From Heterodontus francisci (lineage: Eukaryota), in assembly GCF_036365525.1 (NCBI RefSeq), contig NC_090387.1, positions 90,251,691 through 90,315,690 of the forward strand: a stretch of DNA of 64,000 bases, in the 5' to 3' direction. The notes beneath the pieces were generated by a model that did not search any database, was not told the DNA's origin, and saw nothing but the letters and a program-made list of their open reading frames with translations. Below are positions 12,181-25,109 of this stretch, piece by piece (position 1 is the first letter of the stretch; the number at the start of each line of letters is the position of its first letter). The translations under genes and the position numbers were made by a program.

Positions 12181-13440
12181 CATTCACAGCTCAGAAAGAG
12201 GCAATTTGGCCCATCAAGTCCATGCCAGCTCTCCACGGTGCTGTTCTGTCAGTCCCATCCCACGCTCAATCCTCGTAGTCCTTTTCTAACTTATCTAAGC
12301 CTGTCATAATCTTGTACATTTATATTAGAATTAGAATTAGAATATTACAGCGCAGTACAGGCCCTTCGGCCCTCGATGTTGTGCTGACCTGTGAAACCAT
12401 CTGACCTACACTATTCCATTTTCATCCATATGTCTATCCAATGACCACTTAAATGCCCTTAAATCTCTCCTCAATCTCCTTTGTTTGAATGAGAAAAACC
12501 CCAATTTTTCAAATATGACCTTATAACTAAAATCCACTATCCCTGGAATCATTCTGGTAAATCTCCTCTGTGCCTTTGCAAGGACCCTCATTTCCTTCCG
12601 AAAGTGTGGTGACCAGAAATGGGCACAGTACTCCAGTTGTGGCCTACCCCGAGCTTTGTAAACGTTAAGCGTAACCTCCCTGCTTTTGTACTCAAAGCCT
12701 TATTTATGAATCCCAAAATCCGATATGCTGTACTAACCACTCTCTCAATATGTCCTGCCACCTTCAAAGATCTATGCACATGCACACTCAGGTCCCTGTA
12801 TATATTGTTCTCCCTATTCCTTCTGCCAAAATGCATCACCTCACACTAGTTAGTATTAAATTCCATCTGTCACCTCTCCGCCCATTCTACTAGCCTATCT
12901 ATGTCCTGTTGTGGGAGCTTCATATTATATTCACTGTCTGTCACGCCTCCAAGGTTGGCATCATCAGCAAATTTTGTGATTCTACTTTATATTTCAAGAT
13001 CCAAGTCATTTATATATAACAAAAAAAAAGCAGTTGTCCCAGCACTGACCCTTGGGGAACACCACTGTCTACTATCCTCCAGACTGAAAAACACCCATTT
13101 ACTACAACTCACTGTTTTCTGCCCTTAAGCCATTTTTTAATCCAATTTGACACTGACTCTATTATTCCAGGAGCCTCAATTTTGTTAGCCAGCCTTTTAC
13201 GTGACACCTTATCAAGCACTTTCTTAAAGTCCATATAAGCAACATCAGCGACGTTCCCGACTTCATCCTTCATCAAAAATTCAATATGCTTTGTCAAACA
13301 TGATTTGCCTTTTACAAATCCATGCTGGGTATCCTTAATTAAATCAAACCTCTCCAAGTGCCTGCTGATTTCATCCCTAATTATTGTCTCTAAAACTTTA
13401 AAAACCACTGATATTAAAATAACTGGCCTGTAGTTGCTGC
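12180..13440 (-). mobile_element. CR1 LINE RT fragment with nested CR1 tail (~12325-12460)
   Basis: ORF 13109-13456 'NYRPVILIS...QHGFVKGKSCLT...YMDFKK'; 12588-12839 'MHFGRRN'. Confidence 0.85.
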
Positions 13441-13945
13441 TGAAACCCTCATCCATGCTTTTAGATCTAGACCTGACTGTTCCAACACACTCCTGGCCAG
13501 CCTTCTAACTTTCACCTTCCAGAAACTTAAATTCATCCAAAACTCTGCTGCCCATATCTTAACTTGCACCACTTCCATTCACCTCTGTGTCTGCTCACTT
13601 ACATTGTCTACTAATTGAGCAATGCCTCATTTTCAAACTTCTCATTCTTGTTTTCAAATACCTCATAGTCATACCCCTCCCTATCTTATGAACCTCCTCC
13701 AGCTCTACAACCCTCTTGCACACCCCTATTTTAATCACTCCACCATTACTTCAGCTGATTGGTTCTAAGCTCTGAAATGGCCTTCCTGATCCTTGCTGCC
13801 GCTCTACCTATCTTTTCTTTAATATTCACCTTAAAACCTATATCTTTGACCAAGCTTTTGGTCATCTGCCCTAATACCACCTTATTGACTTGGTGTCAAA
13901 TTTTGTTTGATAATGCTCACGTGAAGTACGTGGGGACATTTAAGG
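13440..13945 (+). mobile_element. L2 LINE 3' end
   Basis: 'gctgaaaccctcatccatgc' (AETLIHA), 'atccaaaactctgctgcc' (IQNSAA); same family as 57040-58020. Confidence 0.75.
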
Positions 13946-14099
13946 TCAGATGTGCATGCAGGCCTTTCATCTGAAGTTGGAAATGTTCGTGAATATGAAG
14001 AGATTCCATTCTCTCAGTGAGCTTGTATGGGACCACTCGCAGCACATCATGCAAGTGCGTATCTGCTAAAATGCACTCACAGTGAGACAATCATCCATC

Positions 14100-14925
14100 T
14101 GTCATGCACATCCCCACCTGCCAAGAATGAGGCATATTAATTTTGTCATATGAACATTGATTTTAAACTGTTGCTGGAGCGAGGAAATGACTTGTTAAAC
14201 AGATCAGGTGTGGCTGGAAAAAAACATTTACGTACTAACAGACAGTGCTTGTGGAGATAAAGGACCATTCCCTGACCCACTATGGACTTTGATCACCAGA
14301 CATTGAAGGTGGAGAAGCTCACATTCCAGGATGACTGCTAAGATGGCCGAATCCACAAACAAATGTGGTCAAACCAGCTAGTCACATGACTACCCTACTG
14401 GACAACCTGAGTTTTTTTGAATTGTTCAGAGTTTGAGAGAGAAAGACTGTTTGCTCCTGGACTGAGAAGACTTCTCCTGTCTGCTCCCATCTCTTTCTCA
14501 CAAGCCTCTGCACCCACTGAGGACACATGAACCTCAAGAGCGAAAAGTCTCTGACATCAAACAGGATTTAACAAGAAAACTGGGCCCCAACGAAAAGCAA
14601 GACCTACCTACAATCAAGGGCTTTACTGCGAGCTCGAAAAACAGTAACCAAAACTATCTTCAGATATTGCCTCAAACTCTTCCATTTTATTTCTTCTGCT
14701 ACTTTCTGGCTCTATCTGCATGTTATATCGCATATGCATGCTAGCGTGGGTGCATTGTGTATCCATAGGTATGAACCGAATTAGAGTTTAAGTTTAATAA
14801 ATTTCAACCTTTATTCTTTAAACCTAAGAAAACCTGTTTGGCTGGTTTCTTTGCCTAATAATTGGAAAGCAGTGAACAAGGATTCACTAAGTGGCAGATA
14901 AAGAAACAGTATGTTTAAAAAAACA
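14100..14925 (+). repeat. 5' LTR, 3'-truncated by a Penelope-derived insert (~14925-15045, minus)
   Basis: Aligns with 18394-19027 and 19680-19870; LTR end and PBS missing. Confidence 0.85.
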
Positions 14926-15424
14926 AATAAAAGCAAAATACTGCAGATGCTGGACATCTGAAATAAAACCAAAAAAAATGTGCAGGAAATGCTCAGCAGG
15001 TCTGGCAGCATCTGTGGAGAGTGAAGCAGAGTTAATGTTTCAGGACCTGGGTTTTACCCACAGACAAACGAGAAACTGGAAGTAGGAAACCAAACTGTTC
15101 CCAATCAAAAAAGAGCAAGATTTAAATACAGGTTTTCTTGTGGCTGTGTGTGTTTGAATACTAACATATCTCCCACTAAAGCTCATAACTGCCCAAGGCA
15201 GGGTGAAGTAACTTGGGATAAGTTAAACACACTGTCTATGGAGGAGCTGAGAAAAATGGCTGAGCAGTGTGGGATGGCAAGCCTAGGAAGTCTGAACTCC
15301 TAAGACTCATGGTCAACCATTTTTCCCTTGAATCTGAAGAAGCAGAAGCAGTGTTAAGAGAAGACTCTGACAAGGTATTGTTAGCATAGATACAATTGGA
15401 ACAGAGGAAACTTGAATTTGAGGA

Positions 15425-15560
15425 AAGAAAAAGAGAGAGAGAGAGAGAGAGAGAGAGGCAGGAGAGGGAGAGAGAGAAAGGCAGGAAAGGGAGAAAAAAA
15501 GAGCCTTCCAGAAGGAGCATGAAGACAAAGAGAGGGAGGAGAGAGACAGAGAGAAAGAAC
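15425..15560 (+). repeat. (GA)n-rich tract inside Gypsy gag (E/R coiled-coil region)
   Basis: agagagagagagagagagagagagg... Confidence 0.85.
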
Positions 15561-18393
15561 CTTCCATAATGAATGTGAAAAAAGAGAGCTAAGGTGGTTT
15601 GAGTTAACTAGGGGCCGACTGAGTAACCCCAGTGAAAGCACGGCCAATATGGAGGAGCATAATTAAGGCTGGGTACAGAACTTTTGAAACTATTTCAACT
15701 AATCCAAAATTTTAGTGAGGAAGTTGTGGAAGCGTTTTTGTGCCTTATGAGAAACTGGCAAGGTAGCTAAAATGGCCAGCTGACACCTGGCCTCTTTTAT
15801 TACAAAGCAAGCTAACCAGAAAAGCCCATAAGGTTTATTCCCTGCTGCCAGATGGGAGCTCATCAAATTATGAACTGACAAAAAATGCTATCCTCAGGGG
15901 ATATGAATTAGTACTTGAAGCCTATGGCCAAAAGCTTAGAACCCTCAAGAAGCACGTTAATCAAACTTATTCTGGAGATTGAAAGAAGTATGCAGCTGGC
16001 ATTTGATCAGTGGCTGAGGGTTCCTAAAGTACGGCTCAGCAATGAGAACCTCAGAGACATAATTCTGGTTGAGGAATTTAAAAACTCTGTCCCACTCTCC
16101 ATCGAGACACATGTAGAGGAGCAGCGGGTTCAGAGATCTCGACAAGTGGCTGATTGGTTTGCTTCAATCGAAAAGTCGGTTTCCCAGGAGAAAACCTTTC
16201 CTAGTCACCCCCACAAATCCGGAAAGGACAAAGGGTGGGAAGGTGATAGGGAGCCCAAAAGTCCTGGGAGATAAAGAAAAGCAGGAAGCACAGGGTGCCC
16301 TCCTCTAGCCAAAAAGGAAGGTGCTGTGAGCAGGAGTCAAACCCGAAGACCTGTGTGCTTTCATTGTAATAAGGCAGGTCATCGAAAAGCTTCTTGCTGG
16401 AAATGAAAGAGAAAGTCTGTAGGGTTAATCAGGGCACATCCACACAATGAAGAAGGAATCCTGGAGGAGAGCACAGCAGAACAAGCTGTAGCTGTAACTG
16501 CAGTAAGAGTGCAACCCAGGAAGCTTACTACTGCAAGTGCAGGGAAAGTTAATAGGATTCCTGAATGCTATCATAGTTTTATGTTTGAAGAGAAAGTAGC
16601 TCCATACCCCTCGTCTGGGGCCAGCAAGCCCATAGTAATTCTCAAGGATACAGGAGCCACTAGATCCTTTCTATTGAGAAAAGGTCTGACCTTTCCCTCA
16701 GAGAGTGCAGTGAACATCAGAATGGTGGTGAACGGTATTGGAGGGCAGTGTATATCTGTATCTGTACACTGGCTGCACCTGGAGTCCGACCTAGTTTCAG
16801 GACCAATGATGGTAGGGACTGTCCTTAGTTTGCCTGTGGACGGGGTTGACCTGTTCCTAGGTAATGATCTGGCGTGGGTGAAGGTGGTAGCCGCCCCCCA
16901 CCCCCACCCCCTCGTAGTAAAAGAGAAACCACAGGAGGTCAGAGAAACAGGGCAGTGGCAGGAGACAATCCACTGCAGTTTTCATGAATGTGTAATTAAT
17001 CAGGCCATGATCAAACTAGCACCCACAGAGGGGACTGCATTGGCACTGCAGGCAGATGGCCATAAGGGTTGCCTGTCCGAGACTTTCTTTGGGAAGTTAG
17101 AAGACCCAAGGAATAAATTAAATGGATTTCCCTCTCTGAGGCTCAGCGAGCTGACCCAGTATTGCGAGAGTTAGCACAGGCTGCCCAGTCTGAAAGTGAA
17201 GCAGAGGGCGTCCCTGATTGCTGCTATTTAAAGAATGAGGTAGGGATGAGGAAATTGAATTCTCGTCACAGACATGAGAGCAAGAAGTGGACAGTAGTTC
17301 ACCAGTCAGTGGTGCCGCAGAGGTACCGGAGAGAAATATTAAGATGGACGCACGAGACTACAGTGGCTGTAAATGTTGGTATTCGAAAGACCAAAGCCTG
17401 CATAAGACAGCAGTTTAACTGGCCAAAACTCCACAAAGATGTGGTGGAGTACTGCAGGAGTTGCCACATGTGCCAGGTTGAGGGAAAACCCCAACCTGTA
17501 GTGAAACGTGCATCGCTAAGTCCTGTGCTGGTGTTAGGAGGTCCCACCAGCAGAGGGCTGGTGAACTGTAAGGGAGACCCACCGAGAATAAAAGGGGACA
17601 GGCAGGCACAGGGCTAGCAAATGGTTAGAAAGGGAAGGGGAAAAGCGACCTATAAGGCAGATTAAAGAAAGTCCAGAAGACATCCTGGATGAAAACCCCT
17701 ACCCCAACTTTGAAAAGTTGGACCCCACATCCTCCTGTCTAAATGCAGACTCTGGAAACACCCCACCAGAGCTGCTAACAGCATTTACTGGAGGCTGCAG
17801 AGACAAAGAAACATCTCTAGGGGGGCATGGAAACCGTGAGGGTGATACCTCACCGAGTCGAAGTGCCACAGGGGAGTGCAGTAGAGCCTGCACAAATACC
17901 TGCAGGCAGGAGTGTCCCAGAGAACAAAGGGGAGATAGCAAACAATCTACCCCTACAGTCAGGAAAAAAAGAGAACCACTGGAAGTCAAAAGCCTTTGCA
18001 TGACTCAGCAAAGCACTGAAAGAGAGTTCAGGATAGACCCACCCTCCACAAACTCCCCTGAGGAAACAAAATCCAGCTAAGGGCTAATTAAAGCTACGCC
18101 CCACCCCACTCCCCCACTTTGCTGAACTCAACAGGAACAAAGACCCGAGGCAGTCATGGAAACTTACCCAAAAACCACATGTTTACTGGGACGCCAAAAA
18201 GGGGTAGTTAAAGCAGCAGTGGTATGTAGAAAAGACAGGCTGTAATAAGTTTTAGGATTTATGAATGAATGTGAACGAGTGAGAGAGAGAGAGAGACATG
18301 CTTTCTTTTCATGTATCTTATATTTTCTGTCTTGACCCTTTTTAATTAAATGCACTTTTCTCAAATCGCATTTCATTCCACTGGGTGTGGAGA

Positions 18394-19941
18394 TGTCATG
18401 CAGACCCTCACCTGCCAAGAATAAGGCATATTTATTTTGTCATATGAACATTGATTTTAAACTGTTGCTGGAGCGAGGAAATGACTTGTTAAACAGATCA
18501 GCTTTGGCTGGAAAAACATATATATACCAACAGACAGTGCTTGGAGAGACAAAGGACCATTCCCTAACACATTCGACCCACGATGGACATTGATCACTAG
18601 ACACTGAAGGTGAGGAAGCTCACATTCCAGGATGACTGCTAAGATGGCCGAATCCACAAACAGATGTGAACAAACCAGCAAGTCACATGACTAACCAACT
18701 GGGCATCCTGAGGTTATTTGAATTGTACAGAGAGTTTGAGAGGAAGACTGCTCCTGGACTCAGAAGACCTTTCCAGTCTGTTCCCATCTCTTTCTCACAA
18801 GCCTCTGGATCCACTGAGGTCACATGATCCTGAAGAGAGAAAAGTCTTCTACATCGAACAAGGTTTAAGAAGAATACTGAGCCCCAATGAAAAGCAAGAC
18901 CTATCTACAACCAAGGACTCTACAGCGATCTCGTAGAACAGTAACCAAAACCATCTTCAGATATTGCCTCAAACATTTCCATTTTATTTCTTCTGCTCTT
19001 TTCTGTCTCTACCTTCATGTGTGTATCATATACACATGTGTCCTCAGTACCTTGTTCTATGGCAGCGAGGCCTGGACAACGTATATCAGCCAAGTGCGAC
19101 ATCTCAATTCATTCCATCATCACTGCCTCCGGAGAATCCTTGGCATCAGGTGGCAGAACTGTATCTCCAACACAGAAGTCCTCGAGGCGGCCAACATCCC
19201 CAGCATATACACCCTACTAAGCCAATGGCGCCTGAGATGGCTTGGCCATGTGAGCCGCACGGAAGGTGGCAGGATCCCCAAGGACACATTGTACAGCGAG
19301 CTCGTCACTGGTACCAGACCCACCGGCCATCCATGTCTCCGCTTTAAAGACGTCTGCAAATGTGACATGAAGTCCTGTGACATTGATCACAAGTTGTGGG
19401 GGTCAATTGCCAGTGATCGCCAGAGCTGGCGGGCAACCATAAAGGTGGGGCTAAAGCATGGCAAGTCGAAGAGACTTAGCAGTTGGCAGGAAAAAAGGCA
19501 GAAACTCAAGGAGAGAGCCAAATGTGGAACAGCCCCAACAACCAATTTTATCTGCAGCACCTGTGGAAGAGTCTGTCACTCTAGAATTGGCCTTTCTAGC
19601 CACTCCAGGCGCTGCTTCACAAACCACTGACCACTTCCAGGTACTTACCCATTGTCTCCCGAGACAAGGAGGCCAAAGATATGCATGCTCACGTGGGCAC
19701 GTCGTATATCCATAGGCATTAACTGAATTAGAGTCTAAGATTAATAAATTTCAACATTTCTTCTTTAAATGTAAGAAAACCTGTTTGGTTGGTTTCTTTG
19801 CCTTATAATTGGAAAGCAGTGAACATGGATTCACTAAAGGGGAGCAAAAGAAACTGTGTGTTAAAAAATAAATCCCTGTATCGGTAAGACTAGGTGAAAG
19901 TTGCGAGGAACCCTAGACCCTTTTCTCACCTGGGCATAACA
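18394..19941 (+). repeat. 3' LTR with nested RTE insertion
   Basis: TG...CA ends; LTR homology resumes at 'atgcatgctcacgtggg' (19681). Confidence 0.85.
19027..19680 (+). mobile_element. RTE-clade LINE 3' end
   Basis: 'CVLSTLFYGSEAW...RLRWLGHVSR...RIPKDTLYSEL...CSTCGRVCHSRIGLSSH'. Confidence 0.9.
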
Positions 19942-19944
19942 GAT

Positions 19945-22200
19945 CCCAGACACTTTTGAGTCCCCAACATGATGTGCATGGCTGGCTACTAGGAATGGCC
20001 TCTGACGTCAGGGCTTATGACTCTTCTGAGAAAGTCCCAGACATCAGCTGAGCAATTACACAACTTGAGCCTGTATGTCATCAGTAATATCATGAAGCAG
20101 ATCATTTGGGTCCTTAAGCAGATGCAATGACTAGTCAAGAGGCCCTATTGTACTAAGCCAAGGAGGTGCCCATATTTGTGATAATTTGCTGCATGCACCA
20201 GACGTTGGTGATCATAACAGTCCAGCCACTGCCACTAGAAGTTGTGCCTAAGGTAGGCACAGGTAGAGGAGGAGAAAAATGATGGGGGCGAGTTGGGAGG
20301 AGCACCAGAGGATTCTAGCAGATTGCCCATGCATAGGAGGGATGCTCGATGCTGCACAACTGAATATTACTTTTGAGAGATATTCTCTACCATTAGACTC
20401 CAGAACCATGTTGCCACATGCTTTACCTTCCATTGCTGAGGATCCATCTGGAAGTCTACTATCTACACTCAAACCGTTCAACTCCTTCCCCATGAAGAAA
20501 GCAATAAAAATACGAGTTCAATCACGACTCAATTATCATAACCATTCTTTATCTATAACAAAACCAATCAATGAGAACATGACACAATCAGTAGTACTTA
20601 TAAAAATGAAAGCATTCACCCTGGTGCTTACCCTTAGTGACAATCCGTCTCTGGTGTTACTCCAAAGTGCAAACTGAGTGGCACCAGCAGACAAGACAGA
20701 TGGATGTTGGGAATCTGAAGAGTGCTGTTTATATGTCCTTTTTTATTTTTTTTATTAATATTTAGAGATACGGCACTGAAAAAGGCTATTTGGCCCACCG
20801 AGTCTGTGCCGACCAACAACCACCCATTTATACTAATCCTACATTAATCCCATATTCCCTACCTCATCCCCACCATTCTCCTACCACCTACCTACACTGG
20901 GGGCAATTTACAATGACCAATTTACATATCAACCTGCAAGTCTTTGTCGGTGGGAGGAAACCGGAGCATCCGGCGGAAGTCCGTGCGATCACAGGGAGAA
21001 CTTGCAAACTCTGCACAGGCAGTACCCAGAACTGGACGTGGGTCGCTGGAGCTGCGCCCTGTGACATCCTGCTGCACCACCCTGGAGAGGGAATGGGCTG
21101 TGATCGCCCTGCTTCAGACAGCACCATCTCAGCATGGGCTGGAGAAGTCCAAGCTGCCAGGCGAACAGGCAACTGCAAGAACAATGGTGGACTGACAGGG
21201 GAGGGATCAGCAAAGCTGGTCTCTGGAGAGAGGCCAGTAGGTTCCTGCTCCTTGATTTCAACACCACTGCAGTTCCATTGAGAATGCTAGTAGTGTAACA
21301 GACGCTTCCATTGCATAATTTTGTGAAAAAGGAAGCTGCTATGACTGAAATGGAATCTGTGACCTCATTCTTCAGATGTTGGACTACACAAATCGCTGGA
21401 TGGAATTGGACAACCTCTCCATGCTGGAGAGCATGTGTTCTAGGCTCTGCATTAAGTCACAGGCCAAAATGGAGGCAGGCTCCTCTATCCTCCTAGCCAT
21501 GTTCCACAAGCTTCCAGGCAAACTATCCATTACACCTATAATTTGGTTTGTTAAATCCATCAGGCTTCTTCTGAAGCGTGGCCCTGCGAGGACCTGTGCA
21601 CCAAAAGTAGAATCTGATCTTTCTGCCTGGCAACGTGGCACCTGTGGTATCTCTGCCTGTTCTTCTGGGGGCAAGGTGGATCTTGTTCCTGGAAGCCTGC
21701 AATACTAAATGCTAAGATATAATGTGTGTGATCACTGTAGGAGGAAGTGTGGCATGAGCTCATATGGAGCTTGTGAGTGAGAATAGGTTTTGGGGATTAG
21801 GAATAGTAATGTATATGTAAGGAAGCTGGGTTAGCAACATATCTCGAGGGAAGATATCATTTGCTCTATCTGTGGCCACAGCTTCTGCCTCTCCCATCTT
21901 GGTTAGCACCAGTACTGTCTCTTATAGAGAGTGTTTCCTGTCCCATGGTCCGGCCTTGATTCCGCCTCTTATTCACTACCTTTTCCTGGAAGAGAAAGAT
22001 TTGTGATTGTAAATGAATGCATTGATAAGTGTGCATGATGCTTCACATGGAGGAAGACATGTGAGATGTGTCTGAAGTGTGAGTATTGCCTGTGAAGGAT
22101 GCAATATTGTGGGCTGCACAAATGTCAGTGTAGTTAGATGGTGCACAAAATACTTTGATGCTGTGATGCTGGTGGTGGTGCAGTGTCAAACCATTATTTT
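19945..22200. mobile_element. Highly decayed PIF/Harbinger remnant (transposase C-terminus plus, accessory gene minus)
   Basis: 'gcagatcatttgggtccttaagcag' and 'atttgctgcatgcac' resemble EQTIGLLKQRF/CCMLHN; layout mirrors 32445-35150. Confidence 0.45.
20760..21055 (-). mobile_element. HE1-type V-SINE, 5'-truncated
   Basis: Matches 2270-2575. Confidence 0.85.
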
Positions 22201-22231
22201 GTCAAATAATTTCATAAAATCATTATTTTCC

Positions 22232-22475
22232 ACCCACCAGCCTCCACATCCAAAAGATCATCCTCCGCTATTTTATGTGACGTCAGGCGTGATGCCACTA
22301 CCAAGTGCATCTTCCCCTCTCCTCCCCTGTCAGCATTACAAAGGCATCATTCCCTCTGTGACAACCTGGTCCACTTCTCCAATACCCACAACAACTCGTC
22401 CCCTTCCCACGATACCTTCCCATGCAATCGCAGGAGGTGTTATATCTGCCCTTTCACCTCCTGTCTCCTCACCTG
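22232..22475 (+). mobile_element. Penelope-like element fragment (RT-endonuclease linker)
   Basis: 'ttcccatgcaatcgcaggaggtgttatatctgcc' encodes PCNRRRCYIC, the Cys motif preceding GIY-YIG. Confidence 0.65.
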
Positions 22476-23060
22476 CCGCAGACCCAGTCGAGCAGTTATG
22501 TCCTTTAGGACTCGGCCAGCTCAGTCCGTAGTGGTGCTACCGAGCCATTCTTGGTGATGGACATTGAAGTCCCCCACCCAGAGTACATTTTGTGCCCTTG
22601 CCACCCTCAGTGCTTCCTCAAAGTGGTGTTCAACATGGAGGAGTAATGACTCATCAGCTGAGGGAGGGCGGTAGGTGATAATCAGTAGGAGGTTACCTTG
22701 CCCATGTTTGACCTGATGCCATGAGACTTCATGGGGTCCGGAGTCAATGCTGAGGACTCCCAGGGCAACTCCCTCCCTACTGTATACCGCTGTGCCACCA
22801 CCTCTGCTGGGTCTGTCCTGCCGGTGGGACAGGACATACCCGGGGATGGTGATGGTAGTGTCTGGGACATTGTCTGTAAGGTATGATTCCGTGAGTATGA
22901 TTATGTCAGGCTGTTGCTTGACTAGTATGTGGGACAGTACTCCCAACTTTTGCACAAGCCCCCGGATGTTAGTAAGGAGGACTTTGCAGGGTCGACAGGG
23001 CTGGGTTTGCTGTTGTCATTTCCGGTGCCTAGGTCAATGCTGGGTGGTCCGTCCAGTTTC
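22475..23060 (-). mobile_element. LINE (CR1/L2 group) apurinic endonuclease domain
   Basis: ORF 22521-22955 'PDIIILTESYL...RQDRPSRGGGTAVY...YRPPS...VGDFNVHH'. Confidence 0.88.
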
Positions 23061-23714
23061 AGCCGTGGATGGCTGGCTGTTCACCCTACCCCCTCAGGAT
23101 GTTCTTCAGCCATTCAGTGACATCCTTGACCCTAGCACTAGGGAGGTAATGCACCATCCTGGAATTACATCTGTGGCCACAGGAATGCCTGTATATTCCC
23201 CTAACTATTGAATTACCTTTCAGTATTGTTCTTCATTTTTCTTTGTGCCCCCCTGTGCAGCTGAGCCAACTGTAGTGGCACGGACTTGGCTTTGGCTGCA
23301 CTCTCCAAATGAACCATCACTTTCATCAGTATTCTGCGAGTAAGGTGCACACAGAGGACTCTTGCACTACCTGCTGGTTTCTTGTTCACTGGTGGCCAAT
23401 TCAAGTTTATATTGTGCAAAAGTTATATGATCGCTACTCTTCGAAGAAATAAATAGCATTGAGTGGTTATCTGGACAAGCATTAATCAGAAAAATATCAA
23501 CACGTCTATAGCATTAAACAAAGGAATTTCTTATTGCAATTATTAGATGAGCTTAGTAAGGCTATTTAGCATCTGCAATAAATTGAAACTGGTGATGTAT
23601 CTTGGATTCAACTGCAGACATGAGTTCAATGAAATGCATTCAAATTATAATAATTAAGACAATTCCTCAACAACTGGACCTTATCTTGAAAAAGCAAACA
23701 GCATTTTAAGGGTA

Positions 23715-24060
23715 ACGTCACTGGAATACTAATCTCAAATCCACCCTAATCCTCTGGGACGTGGGTTCGAAACCCACCATGACAGGTGATGAAATCTGAG
23801 TTCAATTAATATATCTGGAACTTAAAATAAAAGCTAGTCTAATGCTGACCATAGAACCATTGTCAATTGTTGTAAAACCCCATTTGGTTCACTAATGTCC
23901 TTTAGGGTAGAAAATCTGCTGTCTTTAACTAGTCTAGCCTATATCTTACTCCAGACTCACAGAAATGTGGTTTACTCTTAAAATGGCCGAACAATCCGCT
24001 CAGTTTAAGAGCAGTTGGGGATGGGCAACAAATGCTGACCAAGCCAGCAAATCCCACAGA
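23715..24060 (+). mobile_element. tRNA-derived SINE sharing its tail with the 62695-63425 LINE family
   Basis: B-box 'gggttcgaaaccc' near 23763; tail 'gcagttggggatgggcaacaaatgctg'. Confidence 0.7.
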
Positions 24061-24319
24061 AAGCACATTTTAAAAAATGTTTTTAACTTTCAGCAATAAT
24101 GTAAACAGGCGGTTTCGATGGGCAGCCCATTATACACCCACTCGATTTTCAATCCCATTTAAGTAACTGAGAAAGAAAATCGGACAGTGTGTGTACTGGC
24201 TAGTCCAACAGATATCTCCTGTTTTACATTTTAGGTTGAAGTTAACATTAACAGCTGTCGCGTTTTCAGCAATTTCTTTAATAGTTTAGAAGACACTTTC
24301 CAGCACAGAAATTAGCAAT

Positions 24320-24355
24320 CTGATGAAAGGTCACAGACCTGAAACGCTAACTCTG
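24320..24355 (+). ncRNA. Minimal type I hammerhead ribozyme-like motif in a Penelope-derived short repeat (24320-24450)
   Basis: CTGATGA-a-aggtc/aca/gacct-GAAAC-gct-aactctg; 5' strand of stem I not evident. Confidence 0.5.
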
Positions 24356-24815
24356 TTATTCTCTCCACAGATGCTGCCAGACCTGCTGAGTATTTCCTGC
24401 ACTTTCTGTTTATATTTCAGATTTCCAGCATCTGCAGTACTTTGCTTATGTTTAATTAGCAAATAATTATTTGGTATATTCATTATCTACTCAGTGCACA
24501 AGTTGGCGTATCAATACAAAATAAAACAAAATGGAATTGATGCACTATCACACTTGGCATTGTGATCAGCTGCCTGCCTTAAATCGATGTGGGTTATACA
24601 GATGGCATGAGAAGTTGCTCATGCGAAAAAGTGCGATCGGTCATCAATAGCTCATTTGCATTCCTCCTGATTTCCCTTTGCCTTGAACTCCCGCTATGTC
24701 CAAACTAGTATGGCACTTACGGTCCTGGGATACAAATTTGTACATTGAAGTTGACCTACAACTTGAACCAGCCAGAAACGTTGGGCCCGCAGAAAAGACA
24801 CCAGCAGTATGGTCC

Positions 24816-24858
24816 GCAGTTCTGAAGAAGAGTCACTAACCTGAAACGTTAACTTTGC
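24816..24858 (+). ncRNA. Minimal hammerhead-like motif in a Penelope-derived short repeat (24816-24950)
   Basis: gcagtt-CTGAAGA-agagtcactaacct-GAAACGTT-aactttgc; stem I agtt/aact; stem II imperfect. Confidence 0.5.
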
Positions 24859-25109
24859 TTCTCTCTCCACAGATGCCGCCAGACCTGCTGAGTATTTCTA
24901 GCGTTTCTTGTTTTTATTTTAGATTTCCAGCATCCACAGTATTTTGCTTCTATGATGTTGTCGGGGTTAATGGGCTGATAGCGCTAGGAACTCCATTTTT
25001 GAGTCAATTACCGTTTGCTTGATGCTATGCGAAACAAGTTAGCATCAACTTAATTGAAACCAGTGGAAATGAACATCACAAAGGATATAAGGTGGGTTGT
25101 GGTTTTTTT

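Larger units (their letters stand above)
14100..19941 (+). mobile_element. Gmr1-like Gypsy LTR retrotransposon, internally deleted (gag, protease, integrase Zn-finger; no RT/RNase H)
   Basis: LTRs begin TGTCATGCA at 14100 and 18394; 3' LTR ends CATAACA at 19941; purine tract before 18394; gag 'LRDIILVEEFKN', knuckle CFHCNKAGHRKASC (~16335-16400), protease ILKDTGA, integrase HHCC 'THET...CRSCHMCQ'; flanks catc/gatc. Confidence 0.88.

Noticed and set aside
15236-15647. Hydrophobic Leu/Ser-rich minus-strand ORFs resembling membrane proteins
   Set aside because: Antisense reading of the (GA)n tract in Gypsy gag
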